Shown piece by piece: positions 1-7,721 of a stretch of 64,000 bases of DNA. The notes below the pieces were generated by a model that saw only the letters and a list, made by a program, of their open reading frames with translations, was not told the origin of the DNA and did no database searches. Source of the stretch: a virus (lineage: Duplodnaviria > Caudoviricetes); IMG/VR virus record IMGVR_UViG_3300010429_000979, positions 1 to 64,000 of that record, one strand, 5' to 3'. The position numbers and the translations under genes were made by a program. Within the stretch, counting starts at the first letter, position 1; every line of letters starts with the position of its first letter.

Positions 1-1
1 A

Positions 2-238
2 AAAGATTATGAAATATATGAAAAAATAATTCCGATAATATATGACAATCCAATTAATTATATTATTGATTGTTTAGTTAGAAAAAATATTGAAATATTA
101 ACAATAAAAAATAGAATAATTAAACAAGAATATAAAAAAGAATATCATTTGTCTGAAATAAGTATAGATGAACAAAAAATTATTCAAATGTTATATTTTA
201 ATGAATTAATAAAAAATGTAGAAAATAAATACAAATAA
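2..238 (+). CDS. 3' end of very AT-rich hypothetical protein (partial, runs off window start)
   Basis: Hand translation of frame 2 is open from the window start (KDYEIYEKIIPII...) to TAA at 236-238; rich in K/I/N. Confidence 0.6.
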   Translation, partial: KDYEIYEKIIPIIYDNPINYIIDCLVRKNIEILTIKNRIIKQEYKKEYHLSEISIDEQKIIQMLYFNELIKNVENKYK

Positions 239-315
239 AAATAATTAAATAATTTAATGCAACCCATCCCTGTATCCCATCACTGTAACCTTTTAACCCT
301 CAAATAATACATACT

Positions 316-723
316 ATGGAAAAATCAGAATCAGACTTCATGAAAACGGTACACTCGGTACTCGGTGAATTCAATCACCTTGAATTCGAGGCCTTCTTGC
401 TCGGTTATATCCGTGCACACAACGAATCTCAAAGAACTGCTGAGAAACGTACTATGCCATTTATCAGTTACACCCATCACGAAATCGGGTATTGCGATGA
501 TGCTGGAACTCATATCTATTGCTTCACACCGGAATTCGGTTCTTTTATGCCTTACGAACTGGATAACCCTACCTCATACGAGGATATCGATCGTCTCCTT
601 AATAACCTTCAGGCCAAGGCCGAGGAACTGGTCGAAACTCTTTACGGTACTTCCCTTACTCACATCGATACCAAAGCCATCACTGATACCAACTGGTTAA
701 TCATTATCACTTACCAATATTAA
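316..723 (+). CDS. hypothetical protein, 135 aa
   Basis: ORF track; A-rich upstream context; no recognisable motif. Confidence 0.7.
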   Translation: MEKSESDFMKTVHSVLGEFNHLEFEAFLLGYIRAHNESQRTAEKRTMPFISYTHHEIGYCDDAGTHIYCFTPEFGSFMPYELDNPTSYEDIDRLLNNLQAKAEELVETLYGTSLTHIDTKAITDTNWLIIITYQY

Positions 724-735
724 AACCCCATAACC

Positions 736-915
736 ATGACACACGTAGTAAAACAATCACTCAAGGACCGCATCATGTGGAAACTCATGTACTTCTGCCT
801 TAACTGGATGCATTCCAAATATCCTACTGGTATGTACATCGCTGACAAGAAGTTTCATACTGACATTGAATTCACTACTCGCTGTTCTGAATGCGGTGAG
901 TACCACAAGTCATAA
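736..915 (+). CDS. small hypothetical protein, 59 aa, C-terminal CxxC (not in ORF track)
   Basis: Hand translation MTHVVKQSLKDRIMW...RCSECGEYHKS; fills the gap between neighbours; start context (ataaccATG) like adjacent genes. Confidence 0.6.
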   Translation: MTHVVKQSLKDRIMWKLMYFCLNWMHSKYPTGMYIADKKFHTDIEFTTRCSECGEYHKS

Positions 916-926
916 AAACCTATACC

Positions 927-1130
927 ATGAAAGAATACTGCATCACCTTCCGTGCTGTCGATGAGAACCAAAACCCGACAGAAGTATCAGAACGTATCTA
1001 TGGACCAGATCCCATGACTGCATATCAGGACTGGTACAACAGGACTCCCGACTGGGACTGCCACCCTGATGATATCATCTCTATACATGAGGTATATCCT
1101 GAGGACTTGGGTTGCCCAGTACCAAGCTAG
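927..1130 (+). CDS. hypothetical acidic protein, 67 aa
   Basis: ORF track, co-oriented with neighbours. Confidence 0.6.
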   Translation: MKEYCITFRAVDENQNPTEVSERIYGPDPMTAYQDWYNRTPDWDCHPDDIISIHEVYPEDLGCPVPS

Positions 1131-1241
1131 GCCCGCGTACCAACGGGCCAGGCAATCGGGCTTGGCCCTCGTACCAGCTGACCAGCTAAGGCTACCTAAG
1201 GACCTCAAATCATTCCATCTATCACTCTTATAGTTATAACC

Positions 1242-1325
1242 ATGAGATATCAGAAGATAAATCCCTTTGAATTACTATTAGCATTCATTATACTAATCTG
1301 TTCAATCCTTGCATCCATTAGTTAA
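1242..1325 (+). CDS. putative 27-aa single-pass membrane peptide
   Basis: MRYQKINPFELLLAFIILICSILASIS; same ataaccATG start context as 736. Confidence 0.4.
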   Translation: MRYQKINPFELLLAFIILICSILASIS

Positions 1326-1636
1326 TCTAGTGCACTATCTGCAGTCTGTAGTATAATCTTAACTGCAACAAATCTAAATCCGCTAGAATATCCCTTGGGA
1401 AACGGTCGCCAAGCGGCGCGTATGTCCGTGAGAACGGGGAGTCTCACATGGCCAGCGGCGCGGTCGGGCGCGACCCGCTAGCTAAGGCTCCTTATTGCCC
1501 TCCACACCCATCCCACCCTAATTGCATAAATGCAAAAATTGGATATATGTATAAATAATTAATATATAAATAAATAATCAAATGTTTAAATAAATATTTA
1601 AATAAATAATATTTGCAAAAAATGCAAAAAATAAAG

Positions 1637-1679
1637 TTATTAACAAATGTCGAAATGTTAAAAATAGAACGTATATTTG
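1637..1679 (+). promoter_or_regulatory. Bacteroidota housekeeping-sigma type promoter (-7 TATATTTG at 1672-1679) with upstream TTATTAACAA
   Basis: Exact match to the TAnnTTTG consensus upstream of 1830; same architecture at 44767-44810. Confidence 0.6.
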
Positions 1680-1829
1680 TGTTCGTTCTTTGACAAAGTA
1701 AAAAACAAATTTTTTGTGCTTCCAAATATTGTGCCAAAAAGTAGTTTTTTCAGCTAAAAAATTGTGAAATTTTTATAAGGCTTTTTTGTTCTATACAATA
1801 TTTAAACAGTACACAAATATTTTAAAAAA

Positions 1830-2243
1830 ATGGAAACAACTAAAAAAAATGCTTGGGCTTCTGAAATTGAAAATAATAACTTGAAAAAAGTTAATATTTC
1901 AGTAACTTCTAATGGAGTATATAATTTTTCTGAAATTGAAAAAAAGATAGATTTTTTAAATTCTTTTTTTTCAGATTTTTCTGTAAAATCAATTTCAGAA
2001 AATAAGCTAAAAAAGGACAAAAAGAATGCAATTCGTAGCGATTTGCGTGACATTTTGGATGATTTTTTCAAAATTGCGCTTGCATTGTCAGAAGCACCAA
2101 AAAAAGAGTTATTGCAATATTTTTCTAAAAATATTGTACCTATTCTTTTTTCAGATAAAACAAGGTTTTGTGACGCAAAAAGAGAAAGTACACCAACAGT
2201 AAAAGCCTTTTTGATAGAATACAAAAAGTTTATTAATAAATAG
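1830..2243 (+). CDS. AT-rich hypothetical (early-type) protein, 137 aa
   Basis: ORF track; K/N/F/S-rich; downstream of a host-type promoter. Confidence 0.7.
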   Translation: METTKKNAWASEIENNNLKKVNISVTSNGVYNFSEIEKKIDFLNSFFSDFSVKSISENKLKKDKKNAIRSDLRDILDDFFKIALALSEAPKKELLQYFSKNIVPILFSDKTRFCDAKRESTPTVKAFLIEYKKFINK

Positions 2244-2259
2244 GCTTTTTAGCGTTTAT

Positions 2260-2298
2260 AAGGACTGCAAAGATGATTAATATACCTTTGCAGTCCTT
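2260..2298 (+). terminator. 13-bp perfect inverted repeat (terminator-like) overlapping a TACCTTTG -7 box
   Basis: AAGGACTGCAAAG (2260-2272) / CTTTGCAGTCCTT (2286-2298) followed by a T-rich run, just after the stop of 1830..2243. Confidence 0.55.
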
Positions 2299-2336
2299 TT
2301 ACATTTTTTTACTTTTAAACTCAAATATTTAATAAT

Positions 2337-2567
2337 ATGGAAAAGAGATTTAAAAATATTTGCATTAATACAGATTTAGTGCAAATAAATAATAACTATA
2401 CATATATTAATATGTTAGACGAACAAGCAAAAACATTTGACGAATTGAAAAAATGTAAATATGAAATATTTATTACATTTTTTGATATTTATTTTATTGA
2501 ATATTTTATAATAGATAAAAAAGGTATAGCAATTCAAACAATGTTTACAGTTATATATGAAAACTAA
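2337..2567 (+). CDS. AT-rich hypothetical protein, 76 aa
   Basis: ORF track; TAnnTTTG box at 2283-2290 upstream. Confidence 0.55.
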   Translation: MEKRFKNICINTDLVQINNNYTYINMLDEQAKTFDELKKCKYEIFITFFDIYFIEYFIIDKKGIAIQTMFTVIYEN

Positions 2568-2575
2568 TAAAATTA

Positions 2576-2614
2576 AATATATAAAAGTTAGCCCCTAACT
2601 TTTATATATTTTTG
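2576..2614. repeat. 16-bp perfect inverted repeat with a TATTTTTG -7 box overlapping its 3' arm
   Basis: AATATATAAAAGTTAG (2576-2591) CCC CTAACTTTTATATATT (2595-2610). Confidence 0.7.
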
Positions 2615-2904
2615 CATATCTTATATACCGAAGGCCCCTTAGAATCCCACCCAAAAATCCCAGCCAGCTTTTTCAGGGATACGGATACGGATACGGGGTA
2701 AACCTTTAAGGATTTCCCTATAAATGCGGAAACTGCATTCTAACACAAACGAGAATGCACAGCTTTCTCGGCTTTTGTTTTAAAGCCCAACCACCAAAAA
2801 ATTTCCTGCAAAAATCCGACCCCAGCCTTTTCCGCGAAAGGATACAATTCTACAGAAGACCATTCCGCCTATCTAAGAATATTCACACACTTAAATCTTA
2901 AGAT

Positions 2905-4812
2905 ATGAGCATCACTAATTTACCTCATCACAATGAAGACACTTGTCCCAGTAATTCTGGGTCAGCTGCCGATCGTTGGGTGGTAAGAGGAAAACTTTAC
3001 AATGACATCGTAGATAAATTCGAAGAAGTCATTGAAGCAGTGGGAGAGTTGGAAACTCAGGATCCACTAATCTACAAGGGCCTCATTTCCCAAACCTCAA
3101 CTATGGAGGTCCTTTCTACTGATGGGCCATTAATCCCCGGTACAAAATACTGTATCAAAACCATCGCACAGGGAGATGATTTCAGTAACTTCGGAATTGA
3201 AAATGAAAATGATCAGGTCTTCATCCCTGGAACACTATCTGGGGAATCGGTAGAGATCCAGGAAAATGTTAATGCTGTTGCCCAGGTGGAATACGTTAAA
3301 CTAACCGGGGCCTCTACTGCTAATTACATTGCCATTTCTGGACCTGGAGGTTTAACTTGCAGGCTTAGTGGGATTGAAATGACATTGGCCCAAATAGCTA
3401 CACTGTTTGCTGAAAACTATGCAGATGCCTATCTAGCTGAGGGTATCATAGTTACTGCAGACAATGCCTCCATCTTCTTCACTGCTGCTGTGGCTGGAGT
3501 TCCATTTACCCCTCCTACTGTTACGGTAGTGCCTTGGGATTTGGATGGTACAGTGGCTCATACCCAAGCTTATTCAGCACCTGATCAACAATCCGAAACC
3601 GTTACACTTACTGGAACATCTGGAACTGCTGCAATTTCAGGGGCTGGCTTGGAGATGCGGTTGGCTACATTTCGGGTTGGACTCACTGAAACGGCTGCAG
3701 ATTTCGTAACGGCTTATGCGGCTGACTATTTGGCTGAAGGCGTTATAGTGACCTCAATCTTAGCCGATATTATTTTCACTGCTGAAGATGCAGGGGTTGC
3801 CTTTGATCATGTCGATGTCCTGAATGGCTCAGGAGATCTGGATGGTACAGTATCCGTTACCCAAGAGAACGTAGAAGAGGTAGTGAAGATCGACACCATC
3901 ACCCTTACAGGGACATTAGGTGGAGTAGCCTCAGTGGAAGCTGCAGGAATTGGACCACACGCTTTATTCCTCTTTCCAGATCTAAACACTCCAGAATTTG
4001 AATCCGTTCCTAAGACTTTAGCCGAAGCAGCTGAGCTTTTCGCTACTCAAAATCTTAGCGCTTACAGTAACGTTGATATCACCCTTTCTTTCTCGGGTTC
4101 AGATATTATCCTAACTGGTCAGGCAGGAACAGGTGATTTTACCTCACCAGTAATCACCATGTATCCTGCAGGTGATTTGGATGGTACGATTGGAACTGAG
4201 AATACTCCTAACGTTGAAGCAGTGGCTCAGGTTCAGGAGCTCATCGTTACTGGAGATAGCGGTCAAAGTATGATGTATGCTGATGGAAATAGCCCAGTTC
4301 AGCTTCTGGAATTCAATACCGATATCCCAACTACTCTCGCAAACTTCGTAACGACTTATGCAGAATACTTTCTCAGCGAACATGTCATCATAACCCGTAC
4401 CGATACCTCACTGATCTTTACCAGTGAAACACCAGGAAATGCCTTTGATACATACTCACTTATGGGTAACGTTACACCGGCAGTTTGGGAAAATGGTACC
4501 GTACTGATGATCAACTTTGATCCTTATGCTGATACTAAGGTAAACACACTTGGTGATTTTACTCTCAGAAGGCTTGAAACAGGGGTTTATGAGATGGTAT
4601 TTGAGGAAAGCCTCTTCACTGAGAATAACATGCCATTCATCACTCCCCAGACTTCATTCGTAGTTGTAGAAGGATCTTTACTTGGTCTAGTCTTTGTATC
4701 GGTAGATTCAGAGAATACCCTGTTGATTCAAACCACTGCAAACATGACTCCTGCGGATAGTATGATGAACAATGTACCTTTAACTATTGAGGTTTATCCT
4801 CAACCTTTATAA
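2905..4812 (+). CDS. putative virion structural protein with four tandem ~100-115 aa domains
   Basis: Acidic, T/A/G-rich; repeated unit (AQV/SET)..LTG....FVT.YA..YL.E.V.(I/V)T....I.FT; first three units end in DLDGT. Confidence 0.55.
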   Translation: MSITNLPHHNEDTCPSNSGSAADRWVVRGKLYNDIVDKFEEVIEAVGELETQDPLIYKGLISQTSTMEVLSTDGPLIPGTKYCIKTIAQGDDFSNFGIENENDQVFIPGTLSGESVEIQENVNAVAQVEYVKLTGASTANYIAISGPGGLTCRLSGIEMTLAQIATLFAENYADAYLAEGIIVTADNASIFFTAAVAGVPFTPPTVTVVPWDLDGTVAHTQAYSAPDQQSETVTLTGTSGTAAISGAGLEMRLATFRVGLTETAADFVTAYAADYLAEGVIVTSILADIIFTAEDAGVAFDHVDVLNGSGDLDGTVSVTQENVEEVVKIDTITLTGTLGGVASVEAAGIGPHALFLFPDLNTPEFESVPKTLAEAAELFATQNLSAYSNVDITLSFSGSDIILTGQAGTGDFTSPVITMYPAGDLDGTIGTENTPNVEAVAQVQELIVTGDSGQSMMYADGNSPVQLLEFNTDIPTTLANFVTTYAEYFLSEHVIITRTDTSLIFTSETPGNAFDTYSLMGNVTPAVWENGTVLMINFDPYADTKVNTLGDFTLRRLETGVYEMVFEESLFTENNMPFITPQTSFVVVEGSLLGLVFVSVDSENTLLIQTTANMTPADSMMNNVPLTIEVYPQPL

Positions 4813-4819
4813 ACAAATC

Positions 4820-4844
4820 GGCCCTCTTAATTGAGGGCCTTTTT
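4820..4844 (+). terminator. rho-independent terminator
   Basis: GGCCCTC-TTAATT-GAGGGCC then TTTTT, 8 nt after the stop of 2905..4812. Confidence 0.8.
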
Positions 4845-4852
4845 GTGTGAAG

Positions 4853-5056
4853 TTATGGTTGTTTATATCCTCTCCTATAATCAGTATTGTTTAGAGATTC
4901 CTCCTTCATGCTTTCGGGCATGGGAGGGATGGGAATAGTTTCTGGGTCAAACATGACGCTTGCCCTTTCTTCAAATTTAATGGATAATTCATTGTAATTA
5001 TCAAGCATAGCCTGTCGCATAGCTTCACAGGCAATATTCCATTCTTCTTGTGTCAT
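4853..5056 (-). CDS. hypothetical protein, 67 aa
   Basis: ORF track; last gene of the minus-strand cluster. Confidence 0.55.
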   Translation of the reverse strand: MTQEEWNIACEAMRQAMLDNYNELSIKFEERASVMFDPETIPIPPMPESMKEESLNNTDYRRGYKQP

Positions 5057-5059
5057 AAT

Positions 5060-5323
5060 TTATTGTATTGTATCACACCAAACGCTATCAAGGAATACCT
5101 CTATAGGCTTTTTATCAATCTCATCCCAAGTCAGAAAATAAGTGCTATCAGCAAGGTTCTGATAATACTGCATGGCATAGGCAACATTTGCTCGATTCGT
5201 TGTGGGCATCATGTATGCAGTATCACAAACCTGTGTAGTTTGTTCAGGTGAGAAGTATCCTGGTTCGTAGCAAACCAAAATCGATATAAGGTAAACCCAG
5301 TATCCAATTACAGTTGTTGTCAT
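5060..5323 (-). CDS. small membrane-anchored or exported protein, 87 aa
   Basis: N-terminal hydrophobic stretch VIGYWVYLISILVC; four D-(S/T)-hydrophobic motifs. Confidence 0.55.
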   Translation of the reverse strand: MTTTVIGYWVYLISILVCYEPGYFSPEQTTQVCDTAYMMPTTNRANVAYAMQYYQNLADSTYFLTWDEIDKKPIEVFLDSVWCDTIQ

Positions 5324-5577
5324 GGGAATTTTGGTAAGTTGTTATTAGCTTGATAGATTTCCTGAACCTTCGAGTCAATGCTTTTAATGTGAGCATTCAG
5401 TTCATTAACTTGGGCTTCTCTAGTATCCCTCATCTTATAGATTAACCTAAACAGGATTATGTTTTGGTGCTCAACGCTGTACACAGGCATAATGGCATCA
5501 TGCATATCTTTCACAAGGTTATTAATAGCTGTATCTACTTCTGGACTGATTGGGGTTATCTGTTCTTCTGGTTGCAT
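5320..5577 (-). CDS. hypothetical protein with C-terminal coiled coil, 85 aa
   Basis: ORF track; ATGA overlap with next gene; ACTATT motif upstream. Confidence 0.65.
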   Translation of the reverse strand: MQPEEQITPISPEVDTAINNLVKDMHDAIMPVYSVEHQNIILFRLIYKMRDTREAQVNELNAHIKSIDSKVQEIYQANNNLPKFP

Positions 5578-5585
5578 ATCTTTTA

Positions 5586-5603
5586 TTTATTATAAATAGT
5601 ATC
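5586..5603 (-). promoter_or_regulatory. putative phage-specific promoter (GATACTATTTATAATAAA)
   Basis: ACTATT starts 23 nt before the ATG at 5577, the spacing seen at other loci. Confidence 0.5.
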
Positions 5604-5634
5604 CTTCATACCTAGAGTATTCCACTTGTATCAC

Positions 5635-5662
5635 AAAAAGAAGCCCCGTAACCAGGGCTTCT
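5635..5662 (-). terminator. rho-independent terminator (minus strand)
   Basis: AGAAGCCC-N8-GGGCTTCT with an A-run on its left (U-tail on minus), after 5695..5934. Confidence 0.7.
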
Positions 5663-5694
5663 CAACAATAATTAACCGACTAATATGAAAACAA

Positions 5695-5934
5695 CTATTT
5701 GGGTTTTGGTAATGCCAGTTTTTGGGCCCAATACCTGTTTCCTGGTTTTGGGTTGAAATTAGGATCGAATTTCGTATTGCAGGTTTTAGGACTACAGAAA
5801 GTAGTGCAAGCCTTAGGAGTGGAATTCCGTGTATAGACCCCAATGGTTTTACCGCAGTTAGGACATTTGGTTGTACCAGCTTCTGTGCCTTTAACCTTGA
5901 TGATATTCGTTATGATGTATTCCTTAATTTCCAT
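5695..5934 (-). CDS. small zinc-ribbon-like protein, 79 aa
   Basis: CPNCG plus CTTFC...C cysteine pattern. Confidence 0.6.
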   Translation of the reverse strand: MEIKEYIITNIIKVKGTEAGTTKCPNCGKTIGVYTRNSTPKACTTFCSPKTCNTKFDPNFNPKPGNRYWAQKLALPKPK

Positions 5935-5977
5935 TGGAGTCTTTATTAATAACCCAACAAATCTTGATGAGAACTGA

Positions 5978-6322
5978 TTAGTTTCTCCTTATAGCATTCC
6001 AGACCAGGATATTGGGAGTTAGCCTTTTACGATAAATGGTTAAGTAGGCCGTTACAACTCCATTATCAATAACTGCAAATCCCGGCATATAAGCCAAAGT
6101 ATTGGATTTAAAGATTTCATAATAGCGGAAAGAATAGGCCCCATTGGCATCCTTAACGATAGTGGAATCGATAGAGTGAGAAGTATCACTTACCAATAAC
6201 AATACACTAACCGTATCTGGTGGTTGTGGTAATGGAGCTGCACTGTTTGCGGCAACTGGAGTTTGGGAAAAGGCAATGAATGCCATTAATGCGAAAGCAA
6301 TTGTAATAGATATTCTCTTCAT
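5978..6322 (-). CDS. secreted protein with Sec signal peptide, 114 aa
   Basis: MKRISITIAFALMAFIAFS|QTP: n/h/c regions with Gln at +1. Confidence 0.7.
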   Translation of the reverse strand: MKRISITIAFALMAFIAFSQTPVAANSAAPLPQPPDTVSVLLLVSDTSHSIDSTIVKDANGAYSFRYYEIFKSNTLAYMPGFAVIDNGVVTAYLTIYRKRLTPNILVWNAIRRN

Positions 6323-6597
6323 GGTTCTTGATTATTTAATAAGGTTTTTTCGTATTCTCTTCTTGTTGTACTTAAGGACTTCAATTTCTCTTTGGCACCA
6401 AACTCATCAAAGTAAGTTACCTTGTTAGATTCAGTTAAGTATTCTTGAAACTCCGACTTACAGGCATTAAAACCGTTGCTGTAAGATGCTCTAGTTAGAA
6501 AAATGCAACCAACTAATATAGCAATAACTCCAGTTATTACTAGAAAGATACCGATTGTCCAATCCATTGTTCTCATATTAGTGTTGATAAGTGCCAC
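6319..6597 (-). CDS. single-pass membrane protein, 92 aa
   Basis: TM segment WTIGIFLVITGVIAILVGCIFL. Confidence 0.6.
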   Translation of the reverse strand: MALINTNMRTMDWTIGIFLVITGVIAILVGCIFLTRASYSNGFNACKSEFQEYLTESNKVTYFDEFGAKEKLKSLSTTRREYEKTLLNNQEP

Positions 6598-7039
6598 CCC
6601 AGTTAGGTGTTATATATCCCGGTACTATAACTCCTCTATTGGATGGTATTGTCCAAGTATTCTCCATTTCAAGGTGAATAATCTTGCAACCTGGCTTAGT
6701 GCAAGTCCTATGGGTAAAGGTTATGTCGCTAACGGTATCCTTTAAAGTGACGCCATCAAGGTTAGCGATATAGTAGATGGCATGTCTACTAGTGTCATTG
6801 TCGAAAATATGGCCGTCGACTTCAATGATACCTGTTAGCTTAAAGATAAGGACCTCTTTTGAAAAATCAATAGTGGCCTTCTCGATAGCCTTCTTCTGTG
6901 AAATTGGCTTAAGACCCTTAGGAATATCCTGAGATCTAGCCTTGATGATCACAAAAAGAATCAGTAACACTAAAATAATTACCTGGACAGTGGCAGCAAC
7001 AGTATTACCAATTCTAGGATTCATTTTGCCTGTGCTCAT
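6578..7039 (-). CDS. membrane-anchored or secreted protein, 153 aa
   Basis: Hydrophobic VQVIILVLLILFVII followed by KARS|QDI. Confidence 0.6.
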   Translation of the reverse strand: MSTGKMNPRIGNTVAATVQVIILVLLILFVIIKARSQDIPKGLKPISQKKAIEKATIDFSKEVLIFKLTGIIEVDGHIFDNDTSRHAIYYIANLDGVTLKDTVSDITFTHRTCTKPGCKIIHLEMENTWTIPSNRGVIVPGYITPNWGGTYQH

Positions 7040-7220
7040 AGGGATTAAGGTTTTTAAGTTCTGTACCGAATTTTTCCCATTTTTTCATGATTCGGTAATG
7101 CTTATACTTGGTATATAATATATAGCACGGGAAACTAATCAGATAGAAAATCAATTTAAAGAAACTGCTGAAAACCAATATCCAGAGCCAAATGTAATTA
7201 CCCAACTTTCTCAAACTCAT
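7014..7220 (-). CDS. small membrane protein, 68 aa
   Basis: Aromatic and hydrophobic N-terminal half. Confidence 0.5.
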   Translation of the reverse strand: MSLRKLGNYIWLWILVFSSFFKLIFYLISFPCYILYTKYKHYRIMKKWEKFGTELKNLNPYEHRQNES

Positions 7221-7575
7221 GCCAATCGACTTTAAAAGTTGAACAATACCGAGTAGCCTTGAATTTATAAGTGCCTGGCTTTATACCCATCTCAAACAAA
7301 GCCCGAGATTTGGTAAGGAGTTTCCCGCAATGGCTTTCTCTTAAGTTTAACAGGGTCTTCTCCCGAGATTCAGATGAGGGGATTGCAATACTTAACGTAT
7401 CACCAAAAAGTTTTACTTTAACACTATCTCTGTGTTTTAGGGCCATTTTCTTAACCGCAAGAGGGTAAAGAGATAACTCTATATACTCGGAATGTTTTGA
7501 TTCAGATGATGTCAGTTTTTTAACTGTAACTGCTTCCATTTTAAAGAGTTTGTCGGGAGGTTGTTTTGTTATCAT
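7198..7575 (-). CDS. basic hypothetical protein, 125 aa
   Basis: ORF track; first gene of the minus-strand cluster. Confidence 0.55.
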   Translation of the reverse strand: MITKQPPDKLFKMEAVTVKKLTSSESKHSEYIELSLYPLAVKKMALKHRDSVKVKLFGDTLSIAIPSSESREKTLLNLRESHCGKLLTKSRALFEMGIKPGTYKFKATRYCSTFKVDWHEFEKVG

Positions 7576-7721
7576 CTTTTATTTTAGGTATCTTTAGTCT
7601 CTGGAATCTAAGAGTTTCCAGAGGTATAACAGGATTCTTAGGAAGACTATTAAATATAAAGGTACTAAACTTAAGTGATATTTGCAAATAAATAGTATCT
7701 AGAGGATTTAACTAAAACTGC

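Noticed and set aside
1274-1279. ACTATT promoter copy
   Set aside because: Lies inside the 27-aa ORF with no start 21-27 nt downstream
1802-2224. Antisense or alternate-frame ORFs in the track (e.g. 1802..2224-, 13263..13595-, 22685..23143-, 31299..31802-, 40339..40728-, 47673..48095+)
   Set aside because: They lie inside better-supported genes, lack motifs and are explained as shadow ORFs
2677-2694. CRISPR-like array from the GGATAC repeats or the repeats in the giant gene
   Set aside because: Units are 6 bp without spacers, or are in-frame diverged protein repeats; no cas genes
7679-7690. 12-bp palindrome TATTTGCAAATA as a host promoter
   Set aside because: Neither strand gives a full TAnnTTTG; it could be an operator between divergent genes but there is no second copy to support that
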